The notes beneath the pieces are model-generated. The model had not been told where the DNA came from. It saw nothing but the letters and a program-made list of their open reading frames with translations, and made no database searches. A program made the translations under genes and the position numbers. DNA of 64,000 nucleotides. It comes from Paraspadella gotoi (Eukaryota > Animalia > Chaetognatha). Below are positions 1 to 14,196 of this stretch, piece after piece (position 1 is the stretch's first letter; every line of letters starts with the position of its first letter). The stretch lies in contig CM119264.1 in assembly GCA_051294375.1 (NCBI GenBank), positions 24,034,002 to 24,098,001 on the forward strand, given 5' to 3'.

Positions 1-792
1 TTCACGTCATCTTCAACGTCTTAAACTCCACCGTCAATTTTCTAGTACTAATTTCTGTCGGAAAGTCATTCAGGTACTTATGCCATAGGTTATGGAGGCT
101 AATGTCGAATGAAAATTTTCTTTGATACCATGTAATTTTTCTTCGGTCTGATTAACTGCTAGGATTTTGAAAAGATTTTGATTAAGATTTTCATTCTAAT
201 TTACGGTCCTTTGAAATTGAAGCCAATTTTTTTCCCCTTGCTCATATTTTATTCTCCCTCTGCCCGTCATCTCCACTCTCCTTGTGACAGGGAAACCTTT
301 CGCGAGATGCTCTGCGCCCTCCTGAGTCGCGTCTACTGCTTTTTCCTACGCCCCTCTGCCGAAAGTGGCGCCGGTCTCGGCGGCGTCATCTCTCGGGGCG
401 CCGATGGCGCCGTCGCCTGCTCCGTCAGGGGATCTTCGGTCCGAATCGATTTGAAGACGGAGACCAGGATGACGACGACGGAGGCGGGGAGGTCGGTGGA
501 GGAAGATAGGAAAGAAGAAAGGATCGAAAAAGAAAGGAGAAAAGGAGAGAGAGAGGAGGAAAGGGAAAAGAACTCGGACGGAGGATGCGAAATCTCCGAG
601 GAAACTACGAAACCCGCCACGATAGAAGAAGAAGATGAGGAAGAGGAAAAGGCGGGAAGAGCCAAAGAAAAGGGAAAAATTGAGGAGGAAGACTCGGCGC
701 CGGAAAATACGATCGAGCCGACGACGAAATCGGGAGACAAAGTCGTGACTTCCATCATCGTCGTAGAAACGACGGAGGCGACTACTGTTTGA
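1..792 (+). CDS. 3' end of a rhodopsin-family (peptide-receptor-like) GPCR; last two exons (<1-73, 291-792)
   Basis: Exon 1-73 reads HVIFNVLNSTVNFLVLISVGKSF(R) and ends at AG|GTAC; acceptor tgacag at 290 continues in phase as ETFREMLC..., giving TM7 NSxVNF plus helix 8 FR, then a charged tail to the stop at 792. Confidence 0.7.
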
Positions 793-1453
793 CTGCTCGT
801 TGGAGGCGTTTGATGAAACAAAAATACCCCGAACCTTAAAAGAGTGAGAAAATGAGAAACAAAATTATCGATCCTTGACTTTAATATTTAATAATAACTA
901 ATGTATTATGCAATCAATCACTTACCGATGCTTCCACGTATCTCTAGCTGACATCGGTTGACACATAGAAAAGGAAATCCTGGTTATCAGTGACATTGCG
1001 CCTCACAGTTTTTATCGCGCCAGGAGACGGTCCCAAGTCCCTTGCGTGTTTGTACTTCAGTAATCGGTATAAATTTGTAGCCTGAGACAATTGTTGTGGC
1101 ATCAAGGCGAAAAGGTTTTTTCCCCTAATCCTCACTTGTACAGATCATCATGTTTTTCCCAGTTTTCAAATCAATTACGTGTAACGCGTGGTGGTTAACC
1201 AACTGTCAGCTTACATATGTATGTTCGTGAAGTGATTTTGTTTTGGAATCATGATCGACATAATTGAAATGTCCTTTGTTTTGTTTATCTTTGTGATTCT
1301 ATTTTACATACTAAAGAATAATAAAGCGTACTTCTCGTCTTACGACTTATTCTATTTCAGATCTTAATATCCAGAGGCGGGATACAGATTTCGAAATTAC
1401 ACAAAGTATTGGAGCAAACTGAATTAAGAAGAATAATTCACTAAATTGGGAAA

Positions 1454-1623
1454 GGGGTTACTTTTACTTTAGCCGACCGGGGATAGGGAGGGTTAGGGTT
1501 AAGGGTGATTTAGGGGTTGTTTTGGGTTAGGGGTGGTTATGGTTAGGGTAATTTGCTAATATTTTTTTGAAATTTTTTTCAAAAAAACCGACTTAACCGC
1601 GGTCGGCGAAAGTAAAATTTAGT
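1454..1623. mobile_element. Short non-autonomous element with subterminal inverted repeats and degenerate GGTTAG repeats (Helentron/HINE-like), copy 1
   Basis: TTTTACTTTAGCCGACC (1462-1478) / GGTCGGCGAAAGTAAAA (1601-1617); same architecture at 5601-5808. Confidence 0.65.
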
Positions 1624-2336
1624 TTGGGAAAGATTAGTAAACAAAATAATCAGCGATCCAGCGCCGGTGACATTGAGAGAAAAAAATTAGTATACTGTAC
1701 TATCGAGTAGTTGACTAGAGAAGAAAAAAAACCATGAATAGGATAGGAGAGCAGCATCCCGGGGAAAAAACAATCATGACCAGAGAAATGGATTTGCATG
1801 GAAGACGAAAGCGAAAATGTATCACTCTTATGACTAATTGAAACCAAGTATAAATTATCTGGTATAGTGAAAGAAATATGCGGATCATATTAGGAAAGCA
1901 CTAAACTATCAAGAGTAAATCTATTCAGTTCTAATATACTGAATTACTTTATTTCAGCAACCTCCTCGTAAAAAATTATATAACACACTGAGTAAATTCG
2001 TACGTCACCTCCCACCCACAAACACGCTCTCAAAATACCACTAAAATTATAATTTGCAGTTTTCGACCCCTTCAACCCGAAGAAAAAGCTCTTGGAACTC
2101 GCGTTCCGATAATGTGGAAAAAAAAAACAACCAAGGGGTTTATTTAACATTCAGTCTTTTACGCGCAAAATAACATTAAGTGATTGACAAGCTCTTCGCA
2201 ATATTCGAAAGTGTCCCAGATCTTTATCTCCCGAGATTTTAAACCGACGTCATCTATGACATTAGCACCGCGACCGCGACGCCTGCCATCCCCAATTGCG
2301 CTGCTCCACGTTCAAACTCTTGCGCCACCTTTCCCT

Positions 2337-4685
2337 TCATTGGCGGTCTAATTCGGCGGCGAGAGCGAGAGCGGCACGCGTTCGCTCGTCCATGTAGAAT
2401 CGGCCTCCATCGGCGTCGCGGATGACGAACTCCGTGTAATCTTCGGGAAGGAGGCCGACGGGATCGTCGCCCGACTCCGCCTCGTCCTTCACTACCTCCT
2501 CTTCGTCTGGGGGGAAAAGAGAGATCTCATCTTTCGGAAGTGAAATCGAGTTTAACCATAACTCAAAAACCATCGAAAGAATTCAATTAAGCAATCTGAA
2601 TAAATTCCTTACGAATTATTCATCCAATAAGCCTACCCTCGCCCAAAGGCGGTTGCACGCTGGCTTTGAGTGGCGCGCTGTTGTCAGAATCGATGACGCG
2701 AAACATGCTCCATGACCAATGAGGATATCCGCTACGAGACAAATGAGAAGAATAGAATGGCCGAATGTTTTAATAACAAAAAAGTCAAAGGTATACCTGC
2801 TCCAGCACTGCATGGTGGGGTCCTCGATGTCTCCGTCGACCCAGTACATCATGTAGAAATTGCACATTTCGTCGTCTCCGGTTCCCCTGAATAGAAAAAT
2901 GAGGATTACACTATAAGTAACTTTTGACGCAACCAAGAATAATCATTAATCAATCTCATTTGCATCGTACAAGATTAAGCTTTTTTTTTTTTAAACCAAG
3001 CATCACCAAAAAAAAAGGTAATCAAAAATAGAATTAGAATTATTAAAGCCAATTCGATTTTTGTGTAATCGCCATCTTGACCTGGAAAAAAACCTCTTTC
3101 TTTCTCCTCACCCGATCCACACGTCTCTGTTGTGTCGATTGTACATCGTGCATCGCGCGGCCAGGTGATCTCCGTTTTGCAGGGCCAACTTCTCAGGCGC
3201 CGCCGAAACGTTGTAAAACATCTGAGGGCGCCTCGGGTTGCCGCGCCCGATCTCGGTCCATTCGGCGCCGCGAACGCGGTACCCGGCAACCACGCGTCCA
3301 TGCTTATGGGTGTGCGTGCGAAATGCAAACGGGTACATCTGGAAAAGTACCAAAAATTGATCATTGACCACGGACCTCCAACAATTGAGAAAGGGAGACG
3401 AGACGGGAGAATGGGTGCAATACCGATACCTTTTTCTTGGTTTTGACCTCGCAAGCCGTTTCCAAGTATGTGACCCTGTATTTGGGGACCTGTCCTCCGG
3501 TTCCAGCCAGGTAGACCGCAGCCGACTTCGGAAGAGGCTTGGGACTCGTTAAAAGTTGAACGCCTGAATCGTCCGTCTCGTTGCTGCAAATCGAGATTGC
3601 AATTTGCGCGCTCTTTATTTAACAAATTTAGACGTGCGCTTGTTTTAGGGGTCACAAAGTTTAGGGAGAAAAAAAATGTCTATTAATTTTGATTATCCTC
3701 ATTCTTACATGATAAATGAACATTTAACAAGAAAAGACACAAGGCCCACTCTTTAACTAAAACACAATTTTTTACTAAGTAGATTACGTAAATCATTAAA
3801 ATCCTCGCCCAACGAACACATCCAGACACAAAAAGACCTGTCGACGAATTTGGAGATGTCGTTGTAGTGAACTTGCAGCACTAGTGTGTCGCCGGAGGGG
3901 ATCTTGAAAGCGACATCGGGCGGAAGATGCAGCGAGGGCGCGTTCATCGCCCACGCGTAGATGAGTTTAGTGCCAGAGGCGCAGATGCCACCCGAAGGAA
4001 GGTCGCCCGCTGCTGTAGGACGTAATTGGGTTTAAATTAGGTCATAACTGGCGAATATTGAGAATGTTAACGAACGAAAAAGCAAACTCCGAATTAAACT
4101 AATCAGAAAATTAACCAAATAGCGACTGCTTTAGAGAGACATGGAAAGAAAATGCGAACAGACTCGCTTCTATCTCATTGAATTAGTCAAAGCAGATTGA
4201 GACGAAGATGTTGACATTTCTCAGAGCGAGTTTAACGCTCAAATTCTCACTAAAAAAGCTTTGAATCCACGCGACGACCCTGGCGAGCCACCAGGGCAGA
4301 AAGACGAGAAATCCTGAATCATCACCGCGTTAAAATCGTCATTAAAGTTATTTAACATTTAAAAAGACGTCAGGAACTCACCTCCGTTGCCGCTCATCTC
4401 TCCGCAGTTCCAAGCGGGAAGGGTGAGTGCGGATTCGGTGCAAGAGTAGAGAAGCATGTGGTGGGCCGTGTTCATCTTGGCCAAGGGCTCGTAGCCGATG
4501 ACTTGAAGGGCCTTGGCCGGCAGCGGGTGTCTCGCGCAAAGGTAAGTGTCGCGCCGAGTGGGTTTGACCCCTGGCATGCGGACGGTGACGGAGTCGTCGG
4601 CGTTGTGGGTCGTCGCATCGCTGGGAGATAGGACGCCGCAAATAAAAAGGGCGAAGAGAGACGCCGCAAACGGAGAGATTCGCAT
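2337..4685 (-). CDS. PHM: Monofunctional peptidylglycine alpha-hydroxylating monooxygenase (multi-exon)
   Basis: Signal peptide; AHHMLLY, LQVHY, RTHTHKHG and DEMCNFYMMYW copper-ligand motifs; spliced frame ends ...AELDRQ* at 2337 with no PAL domain. Confidence 0.93.
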
Positions 4686-5600
4686 CTCAGTATAATTGTC
4701 GAAAAGATCGTTCTATTATTTTTTTTTTTTGGCTAATATGCTCAGCCAGAAACAATAGAGTCTTTTATTTGCCTTCTGATTAGAATAACGACGACGGTGA
4801 CACGTGAGAGGCAAACATATGGCGGCTTCTCTCTTTCTCTCTCTCCCTTTTGTGCAACAGACTGTCTTCTCTCGCTCGTTCCGCGCGCGCGAGAACCAAG
4901 TCCCGCGACTTATCACATCTTTTTTCTTTCGCTATTCGAAGAGAATTTCGGTAGAAAGAATTTTAATGGGGTTAAGTTCACCGTGAAGTTAATTCACCCG
5001 CAGGAACGAAAAGAAAGACGTGTATCAGTAATTTTATCACGTCCTCAAAAATATCTGGTAATAAAGAAAAATTGATTTGTATGTACATTTCAAAGCCTGG
5101 CATTTTGTTCACTTTTAAAAATAGAATCAAGCCTGAACCGTGTTCTATGACCGGGGCAATATAGCTCTTTTATTAAATGAATGGATAATTTTATATTGAT
5201 TGTACCAATTTCATAAAAATATCAAGATCTTAGATAGATTGACACCACAATTCACAATTAAGCAAAGAGTTTCGCATAAAAATCTATCAGTCCATACTCC
5301 ATAAATCAGAATTGAAAAGGATATAGTTTTAAATGTAAAATAGAACAAGATAAAATCCGTTTGTCTTTTATTCGAAAATAAAAATCAGCATGTGTTAATT
5401 CATTTGACAGAGCCCGAGTGAAGGGAGTTTTGTAACAGGAGGAGAAGTAAACAAGAGAAAACGTATCAGGAGAGTAAAAGGATGAAAAGAGCCGAGATTC
5501 GAAGGTGATCATTGTAATGGTAGAGAGACACTTGTAAATTTATTAATAATTTACAGTGCATATACTTCAGATGTTGTACTACAATACATATAAGTAAATT

Positions 5601-5808
5601 GGGTTACTTTTACTTTCGCCGACCAAGGTTAAGGGTTAATGTTTAGCCTTAGGGGTAATTTAAAATTAGAAGTGATTAAGGTGATTAAGGATTTAAAGTT
5701 AGGTTAATTAAATAATAATAATTTGGATTAATTTTTTTTTAAATAAATATTTTTAAATAATTTTTAAAAAGACCTCAAAACTACGGTCGGCGAAAGTAAA
5801 ATTTAGCC
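5601..5808. mobile_element. Copy 2 of the subterminal-IR / GGTTAG-repeat element
   Basis: TTTTACTTTCGCCGACC (5608-5624) / GGTCGGCGAAAGTAAAA (5785-5801), a perfect 17-bp inverted repeat. Confidence 0.65.
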
Positions 5809-6611
5809 AGTAAATTTTTATTTTTTTCGGAAATTATAATTTTAAGGAGTATAGGGAGTCAGCCAAAAACGTTGACGAAAAAATCTGAAACTTTGCTATC
5901 TGAACGTCCTTATCCAGTCTGACAACTGTTTCAATTTTCAACTTCCTACCTAAACGCATAATGTTTATATATAAACCCAATTTTTAGTCATATAACCACT
6001 TATAGCCCTGGATTGCTTTCTCTCAAAAAGTTAAAACTCTCACATAAACTCCCTCAGGCCGGTTCAAAAGTATTAAAGTAACATTTAAAAAAAAAAAAAT
6101 TTCACATAGTTTTTATATAGTGTTAAAGTTTTCACTGCTATACGAAGTAAAACAATTCCGATTGAAAGATGTATTCTATAAAGTAACTCCTCTTCGTTAC
6201 GAATCAAGCATTACTGTAATGTTTAATTTAGGTCTCGAGATATAAGCTTGAAAAGATTTTACTGCTAATGACTGTAAAGAAAACAGTAAAGTTATCCAGT
6301 AAAATATTAAAATATTCTCTGTCTTTACATAAACTAAAACTCATAATCTGAAAAGATCTTTAAAAATGTTTTGAAAAATCTTTCTTTATGTTGTTAAGTC
6401 ACCAATATATCAGAAAAAAATATTTATCTGACACTAGTAAGTAAAAAAATTGCTGTTTGAAATTGTGTTGGAGCGGAATTCGCATCAACGGACATTTAAA
6501 AAGTTATTGATCAACATCATTAGCATCACCCAACAGTTGCATATCTGATGCAGAAGGTAATTGGAATAATAAAAGAAGTCTTTCCTATTTATTTGATTTA
6601 TATGTTTATTC

Positions 6612-6973
6612 ATTAGAAGAAGTTTGAATTATTTCAATAACGATTTTATATTTCAGAAAAAAACGTACATGTTTCGGCTTTTGTTCAAGCCTTCATCAGC
6701 GTTAATTTGATATGTGAAAAAGTTAAACAAATCTGTGCAAAAGAAGGAGAGAAAGAGAGAGAGAAAAATAGAGAGAGGGCAAAGTATTGATAAAGAACAG
6801 TGGTCAAATGGTGGAAGAGGCTAAAGGTGAGGACAGATTGAGTTAGTTTTGAAAAGAAGTGAAAATGGTAAGACAAATCAAATTAACGCTGATGAAGGCT
6901 TGAACGAAAGCCATGTACGTTTTTCTCTAAAAAAATAAAATCTATGTTGAAATAATTTCAAACTTCTTCTAAT
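6612..6973. mobile_element. Inverted pair of Penelope-like pseudo-LTR fragments carrying hammerhead motifs
   Basis: ~100-bp arms 6612-6716 and 6872-6973 are reverse complements; a third diverged copy lies at 19941-20120. Confidence 0.65.
6662..6703 (-). ncRNA. Minimal type I hammerhead ribozyme
   Basis: Minus strand AACG-CUGAUGA-A-GGCUU(GAACAA)AAGCC-GAAA-CAUG-UA^CGUU: stem I AACG/CGUU, 5-bp stem II, palindromic ACAUGU stem III. Confidence 0.8.
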
Positions 6974-8141
6974 TCTACAACACAATGAAAGAAAAGGATT
7001 ATAACACATGTTTATTCATGTACATTCATATTCATATTCATGATCAATTCTAAAATAAAAGGGTAAATCGGGTATATATAAAAATTTAACATATTTTTAT
7101 TTTTAAGTGGTCCACTATTAAAGAGTCACGTGATCAAATACATCCAGAAAAAGCAACACCTTGAGCTTGCAGGTTCTTGATTCATTTGGTAGTAGATTTA
7201 ATATTTTCTTTTCAGTGCGAACAGAGTGAAAGAGTATATTTGTGCCTGCAATGAAAGTCTGGTCTCAAACATGCAGAAAAAAATATACAATTTGACTAAT
7301 GGAATTAAGGTATTGAAATACTTGGAATAATCTAAAATGAGAATTATGTTTATTGACAAAATCTTTATTTTATCAGGAGCAAAAATCATGTTAGTTATAC
7401 TTACTGGAAGATAATAGACTTGCAGACCAAGTTTTTTGTGGAGAGATAGAGAATATGCTGGCAGCTGTAACTTTTATGTTATCAAAATATCCTAATCTCT
7501 CTCAAGAGGAATTTTCAAAAAAACAATCAATTAATATTGTTAGCAAATCCAGAAATTATTGTTTTTAAAATGTAATTATTTCTTAAGTAATAAAACTTTT
7601 GTGATTTTTGTATGCTTCTCCAATCTCGGCAGCATAAAATTAAATGATATTACTCATTTGACTTACATAAAATTTTTGAGGCCTGAGGAGTATATGCAGG
7701 ATGAGCGCTAATTTTTTAAAAATCTGATGAAAAAAATTCTCTGTAAAGAAAAAAAAACTTTTTTGAAGGTCTCAAGTTTTTAATCGTATTTTCTTAGCTT
7801 ACCGTCTAAAAAAATAAAGATGACCTGATCCAAAGTCTAAAAGTTATTATTCCGAAATTTGATCATTGACCTATAACGTTCTCGTCGAAAAAATACTATA
7901 AATACTTAAAACAGATTTTTTTTAGAGCATTGTCTATGGCTGACTCCCTATAGCACTGATAACAGACGTTAACGAAATATTTTCCATTTAACTGGGATCA
8001 TCTTTCATTTTTTTCTGTAACAAAGAAACTACGTAAATTTAATAACTAATTTTATTCAAATAATCAACGGCATCACAGACAGAGGTCGTAAAACATTGAG
8101 GAAACTAAGGAAAACAAATTGTCACTTTGATTCTTCTCTTT

Positions 8142-9662
<1,521 letters not shown>

Positions 9663-10625
9663 CTCGAGATGATTGCCTCTTTTTTTCTTCTCTGCTCAAT
9701 CGATTCTGTCAAGCCGTAGATGTTTTTGTTTGTCAGGCTTTCGAAATCATCTCCTGTCCCATGGAGTGAGGGAAGGGATTCTGTAAAGAAACGAGGCGAG
9801 AACCCGAAACACGTTGGGTTAACTAGAAACGATGGTTGGAAAAAAAGTGAAACTATCGCAAGGTGATAACTTAAATTAATAAAAGAGGATTGATCGATGA
9901 AAAACATTTAGGGCAAATTTGCTTGATTATTTATATTTAAGAATCTAAATATCGATTTTTTATTAAATACCGTGAATAATTACAGTATCGTTTAAAAAAG
10001 CCTTAATAAGCCACTTGCTATCAGTATGCAAAAACTCGCTACCACAAATATTTTTCCCCGTTCCAAATTAACATGCGTCGATTGGTTCAGTAATAACCGA
10101 CATAGATTTTACATGTTTTTTAAACAAAAGCTTTCACGAAAATTATTTAGCTAATTAAACCAGCTAAATATTTAATAATTCAATTTGATTCGATCATTCC
10201 TCTCGAAGAAAACCAAAAAAAAGACGAAATTTAATTCGGGAAAATCCAACCGAGCTGAGTCAAAAGTGAATTAGGTAAATTGAAGTGTTTTTGGTGTCGT
10301 TCTCCCCTTTTTATATTTGCGTCATAAAGGCGTCACTTTTGTGTCAAAGTTGTATTGATTGTTGTCTCTTCGTAATTTTTGAGTCAAATGCGTCGTTTTC
10401 GAATCGTTGACGTTTGTCGGTGACGTTCCTCCAAGACCCAAGACTGTCCCGTCAATCGTCGTTGCGAGCAGCCGGACCAAACCGTCGTTGAAGTTGTTGC
10501 GTTCTGTTTATTTTTATGTACAAAATTCCAGTTCTCGCTCTATATTTATTCAATTTTTATCCGAATCTTCTCGTTCGCTCGTTCTCTGTTGTTCTCTCGT
10601 CGTTCACCGGTCGTTCATCAGTCGT

Positions 10626-13600
10626 TCATGTGCGGCGGCGTTTAGCAGCGCCGCCGCTGCCGGCGTCTCTGTCTTCCTCTGCGTCAACGACCTAAGATTT
10701 AGCGAAAAATCGAGATGATGTATTTTTTAATGTTCATGTATGATCGACTGAGTAAATATTTAAACCGTCATAGATTTTTGCTTTGTTAAATCCGAAAAAA
10801 AAACGAAATTAATTATGCAGTAAGTTCATTATTGAAGCAAGTAACCTTCCGCATCTTTCGCTCTCAAGTCCTGTTGTCATTCCAACTCCTCAATCCTCAC
10901 CTTGATGTTGCAACCAGCAATGTTGGCCTGATTGAGAGTTTTCTTGCAAACGTCGGCCGACTCCGCCGAAGCGAACTTGGCGTAGCCGTAGTTCTTGCCC
11001 GGAAGAGTGTAGACGTCAATGAGGTCGCCGAAACGGCAGAAGGCGTTGGTGAGTACGTGGGTGGCGAGAGCGCGAGGGTGGCAGACGATAAAGAGGCGGG
11101 CGGCGTAGCCAGTCTCCGTATCTGAGACGAAGATTAAGAAAAAGCTACCAATGAATATTATTATGCTACAAAAAAAATAAAATATTAAATTTAATACGTT
11201 ATATTACATGGAGATTTGATTATGCTTCAAATATGATTAAAAATTAAAAAGTACAATAAATTTACAAATCGACCTTAACTCACTTAGTCGGTTGACGATC
11301 GGCTTAATAGACGGCAGCGGAATTTCGCATGGATAGAAAGGCGGATCTTCCCCTTGTTGCGCAGACGGCGTCGGAGGCTGCAGCGCACTTGGAAAATTGG
11401 CGCCCATGGCAAAGGGCTCTGCGCCGGCGGCGTTTCTTGAGGGAGGATCGCCCATGAACTTAACGAGGAGGCGACTGGTCGGAGGATATTCCAACCCGCT
11501 CAGCTTTTCGAAGGCATATTGCGACCATCCCACAGTGGTAAAGGTGGCTTGAAAGGATCCCGCCGAAATCATATCGCATCTGGAGGAGGAAGAAATATAT
11601 ATATATATTATATAATATATATATATATGTATATCTCTCTCTCTCTGTCTTACCTCTTAAATCCGGGTATCAAATCGCAGAGGAGCGAAAGTTGTCGCTC
11701 GTCGACGCTTTTGTCACAGAGAATTTTCAGAGTGTTTGTGGAATCGGATTTTATAACGGGATTGGAGTACTAGAGACGGGGGTGGGTGTGTGAAGGAAGG
11801 GAAAAGCTTTCGATTATTGCGAATTAACTCAAAAACGTATGGAAAAAACCCTGATTTATTTATCACTTAAAACACTGGATTCCGGAATCATCGAACCTGG
11901 TCCGGCAAGGGCATGAGGGGGGAAGTAACTGGGGGAGGACCCGGCACGAACTCTGGCCCGCCTCCCATCATGGCCGGCTGAGGAGGGACGGATGAGGGAG
12001 GAGGTGGGGGTGGACCTTTGGGTAAAGGGGGGCGGGCCTCGGCGAAGATGGCCTTATAATGAGCGTCGCACTCTTCTACGGCGAGCGCAGCATCGTAGAA
12101 ACGGAAATACTGAAATTGAACGAATTTAATTAATTAAATTTAATTAAAGAAATAAAGAGATAGAAAATGAGAAAAAACGATGGAAAGGGGAAAAAGCAAA
12201 ATAAAAAGTAGTTTTAACATGGTAAAATGATAAAATGACTTCGACGATTAACGTCATGAGTTCGATCCTGATAACTTTTATTTTAATAAAAAAATAAAGA
12301 AAAAGAGAGTAAAGGAAAGAAGGAAAGAAAGAAAGAGAGAAGGAAGTACAGTCGCTGCAGAGCTCAACTCGTTTTTAGACGAATCTGAAAAGGCAGCGAC
12401 TCAGAAAAAGAGAGAGAGCGACATATAATAAAAAAAAATTAAAAAAATTTCCTATACTATATACTAATTTGCATATTGAAGTTAGTTATAATGTGAAGGA
12501 AATTAAACCCCCCCAAAAAAATCTTCATGGTGAAAATTAATATCTAATTTTTTTATATCTTGCAAATACACTCTTTTATAATATCCAATAGTAAAAAAGC
12601 GTGACGACGCCAACGTCACTAAGAAGCAAGCCCGTCTGGCGAGATAAAAATTACCTTAACATAACCGAATCCTCTGGCTTTCGCCGTGCATTTGTCTTTC
12701 GGAATGTTGAAATATTCCACCGTTCCGAACACTAATGGCGAAACGGAAAAAAAGTTTTGTTGAATGGCTAATAATTGTATTTATTATTTTTTTTTCTTAT
12801 TTAATTTTTATTTATTTATTTATTTAATTTATAACAACGTTCTGCTTCAATCTAAGATTAGGCTTGTAAAATCAATTATTGATCATTTTCTAAACAAAAT
12901 CTTACTAACTGGAAAAGTGGTCTTTGACATCAGTGTCGGAGATACCGGGCGGTACTTTAATGAACAACCGTAGCCTCTCCTCCTCGGAGACTTCCTCCGA
13001 CCGATGCTCATTGACGGCGACGAGGATCTTGAGGGGCTTGGGGGATCCGGGGATAGGCTGGGGATTGGGGAGGTATTAAGAAAGGGAAGGAAGAAGAGCG
13101 GAGGAGTTAGAGATAAAATTGAAAAAGGCTGACGTCAATGAATGCAATCATTTGAGAAAAACTCATTAAAATTCGAACCCGACGTTTCTCGCTCAACATG
13201 CACGAACCTTTCCGTGAAGATCCTCGATAGCTTTGGCTGCCTCAGAGGCTTTGGCGAACTTAACAAAAGAGGCGCCGGTGGAGATGAGGTGCCTGGTCTC
13301 GTGGTCTTTCTTTTTCAGCATGTTGATGTCCTGAGTAGAGGAATCATTGAAGTCGAAGAAAAATGCCATCAATTCGTTCATCGGAAAACAACTAAAAATA
13401 ATAACCTGCAATTCGCCGAAGCGTCCGAAGGCGGATCGGAGGTCGGATTCGACGGTGCCCTTTCCGTGGACGACGAATAGGCGTGAGTGGACAGGAAGAT
13501 CCTTCGGATTTTTAGGTCGAGACTCGGCTTTGCGAGATATGTAATAATAAATAATTATTATCATGGAATAACATGACTAGAAAATAAACCACTATAGCGG

Positions 13601-14196
13601 GTCCAATGACAAAAGTCAGGGACAAGATAGTATGGTGGACTAAAATCCACCAACCGTTCATCAGCGGCCATTGGTGTAGGAGGCAAGTCATTCGCCTTCC
13701 AACCTAAAGGTCCGGGGTTCTAGCCCGGTGGTCGCCTAGCAGTTAAGAGGGACGGGGCGCTTACCCCGCCTGTAACACGGTGTTACAGCCTGATCCGAAG
13801 CTCAGGGACTGCTTATATTGAACGGTTCTGTCACTAAATCATAACTATTACTGTCTCTTCAATAGCTTCTATGATATTTATTGAATGAACGGATAAATTT
13901 CATTCAAGAATAAAATAAAAACTGAACTAACCGGGAGCGTAGAATTGATTAAAGTATGATTCGCTTCCAGCGGTTATGTTCGATGGACCCGAAATAAATG
14001 GAATGTTACTTCCTCCTCCACCACCGCTCCCGCCACTAAAGTAATAGTCGTCACGTCCGCCGCCAGCCCAACCCGAAGCGGAGGAGGTGCCGTAGCCTTC
14101 GTAGGCGTTGCCATTTCCCGAATAGGCCTCGCGACTGTCGTAGACGCCACCGCGCTCAAAACGGGCGTAATCGGTGCCGTAACCAGCGTACGACAT
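10626..14196 (-). CDS. RBM45: RNA-binding protein 45-like, paralogue A (multi-exon)
   Basis: DLPVHSRLFVV RRM1, GASFVKFAKASEAAKAIE, GLEYPPTSRLLVKF (HOA region), last RRM YGYAKF, C-terminal NLS-like AAKRRRT*. Confidence 0.88.
12595..12650 (+). mobile_element. Truncated copy of a Helitron/Helentron-like 3'-hairpin element
   Basis: GACGACG...AAGAAGCAA...CCCGTCTGGCGAGATAAAAA shared with copies at 20390-20485 and 55440-55546. Confidence 0.5.
13633..13862 (+). mobile_element. tRNA-derived SINE-like element, copy 1 (RBM45-A intron)
   Basis: 72-nt tRNA-like unit 13664-13735 (acceptor GCGGCCA/TGGTCGC, A-box-like TGGTGTAGGAGG, B-box-like GGTTCTAGCC, TCC in the anticodon loop); homologue at 56587-56819. 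Confidence 0.75.

Larger units (their letters stand above)
5850..7952. mobile_element. ~2.1-kb TIR DNA transposon relic
   Basis: Perfect 16-bp inverted repeat TATAGGGAGTCAGCCA (5850-5865) / TGGCTGACTCCCTATA (7937-7952), outer TA possibly a TSD; AT-rich interior with no intact ORF. Confidence 0.6.

Noticed and set aside
333-821. Ser-rich minus-strand ORF
   Set aside because: Antisense shadow of the purine-rich GPCR terminal exon
1480-1550. True telomere or chromosome fusion site
   Set aside because: The repeats are degenerate, short and enclosed in a dispersed IR-bounded element
6885-6921. Active plus-strand hammerhead
   Set aside because: GAAAC of the catalytic core is deleted relative to the minus-strand copy
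13664-13735. Functional tRNA-Gly(TCC) gene
   Set aside because: The anticodon stem does not pair, and the unit is embedded in a longer repeat whose second copy differs in the anticodon loop
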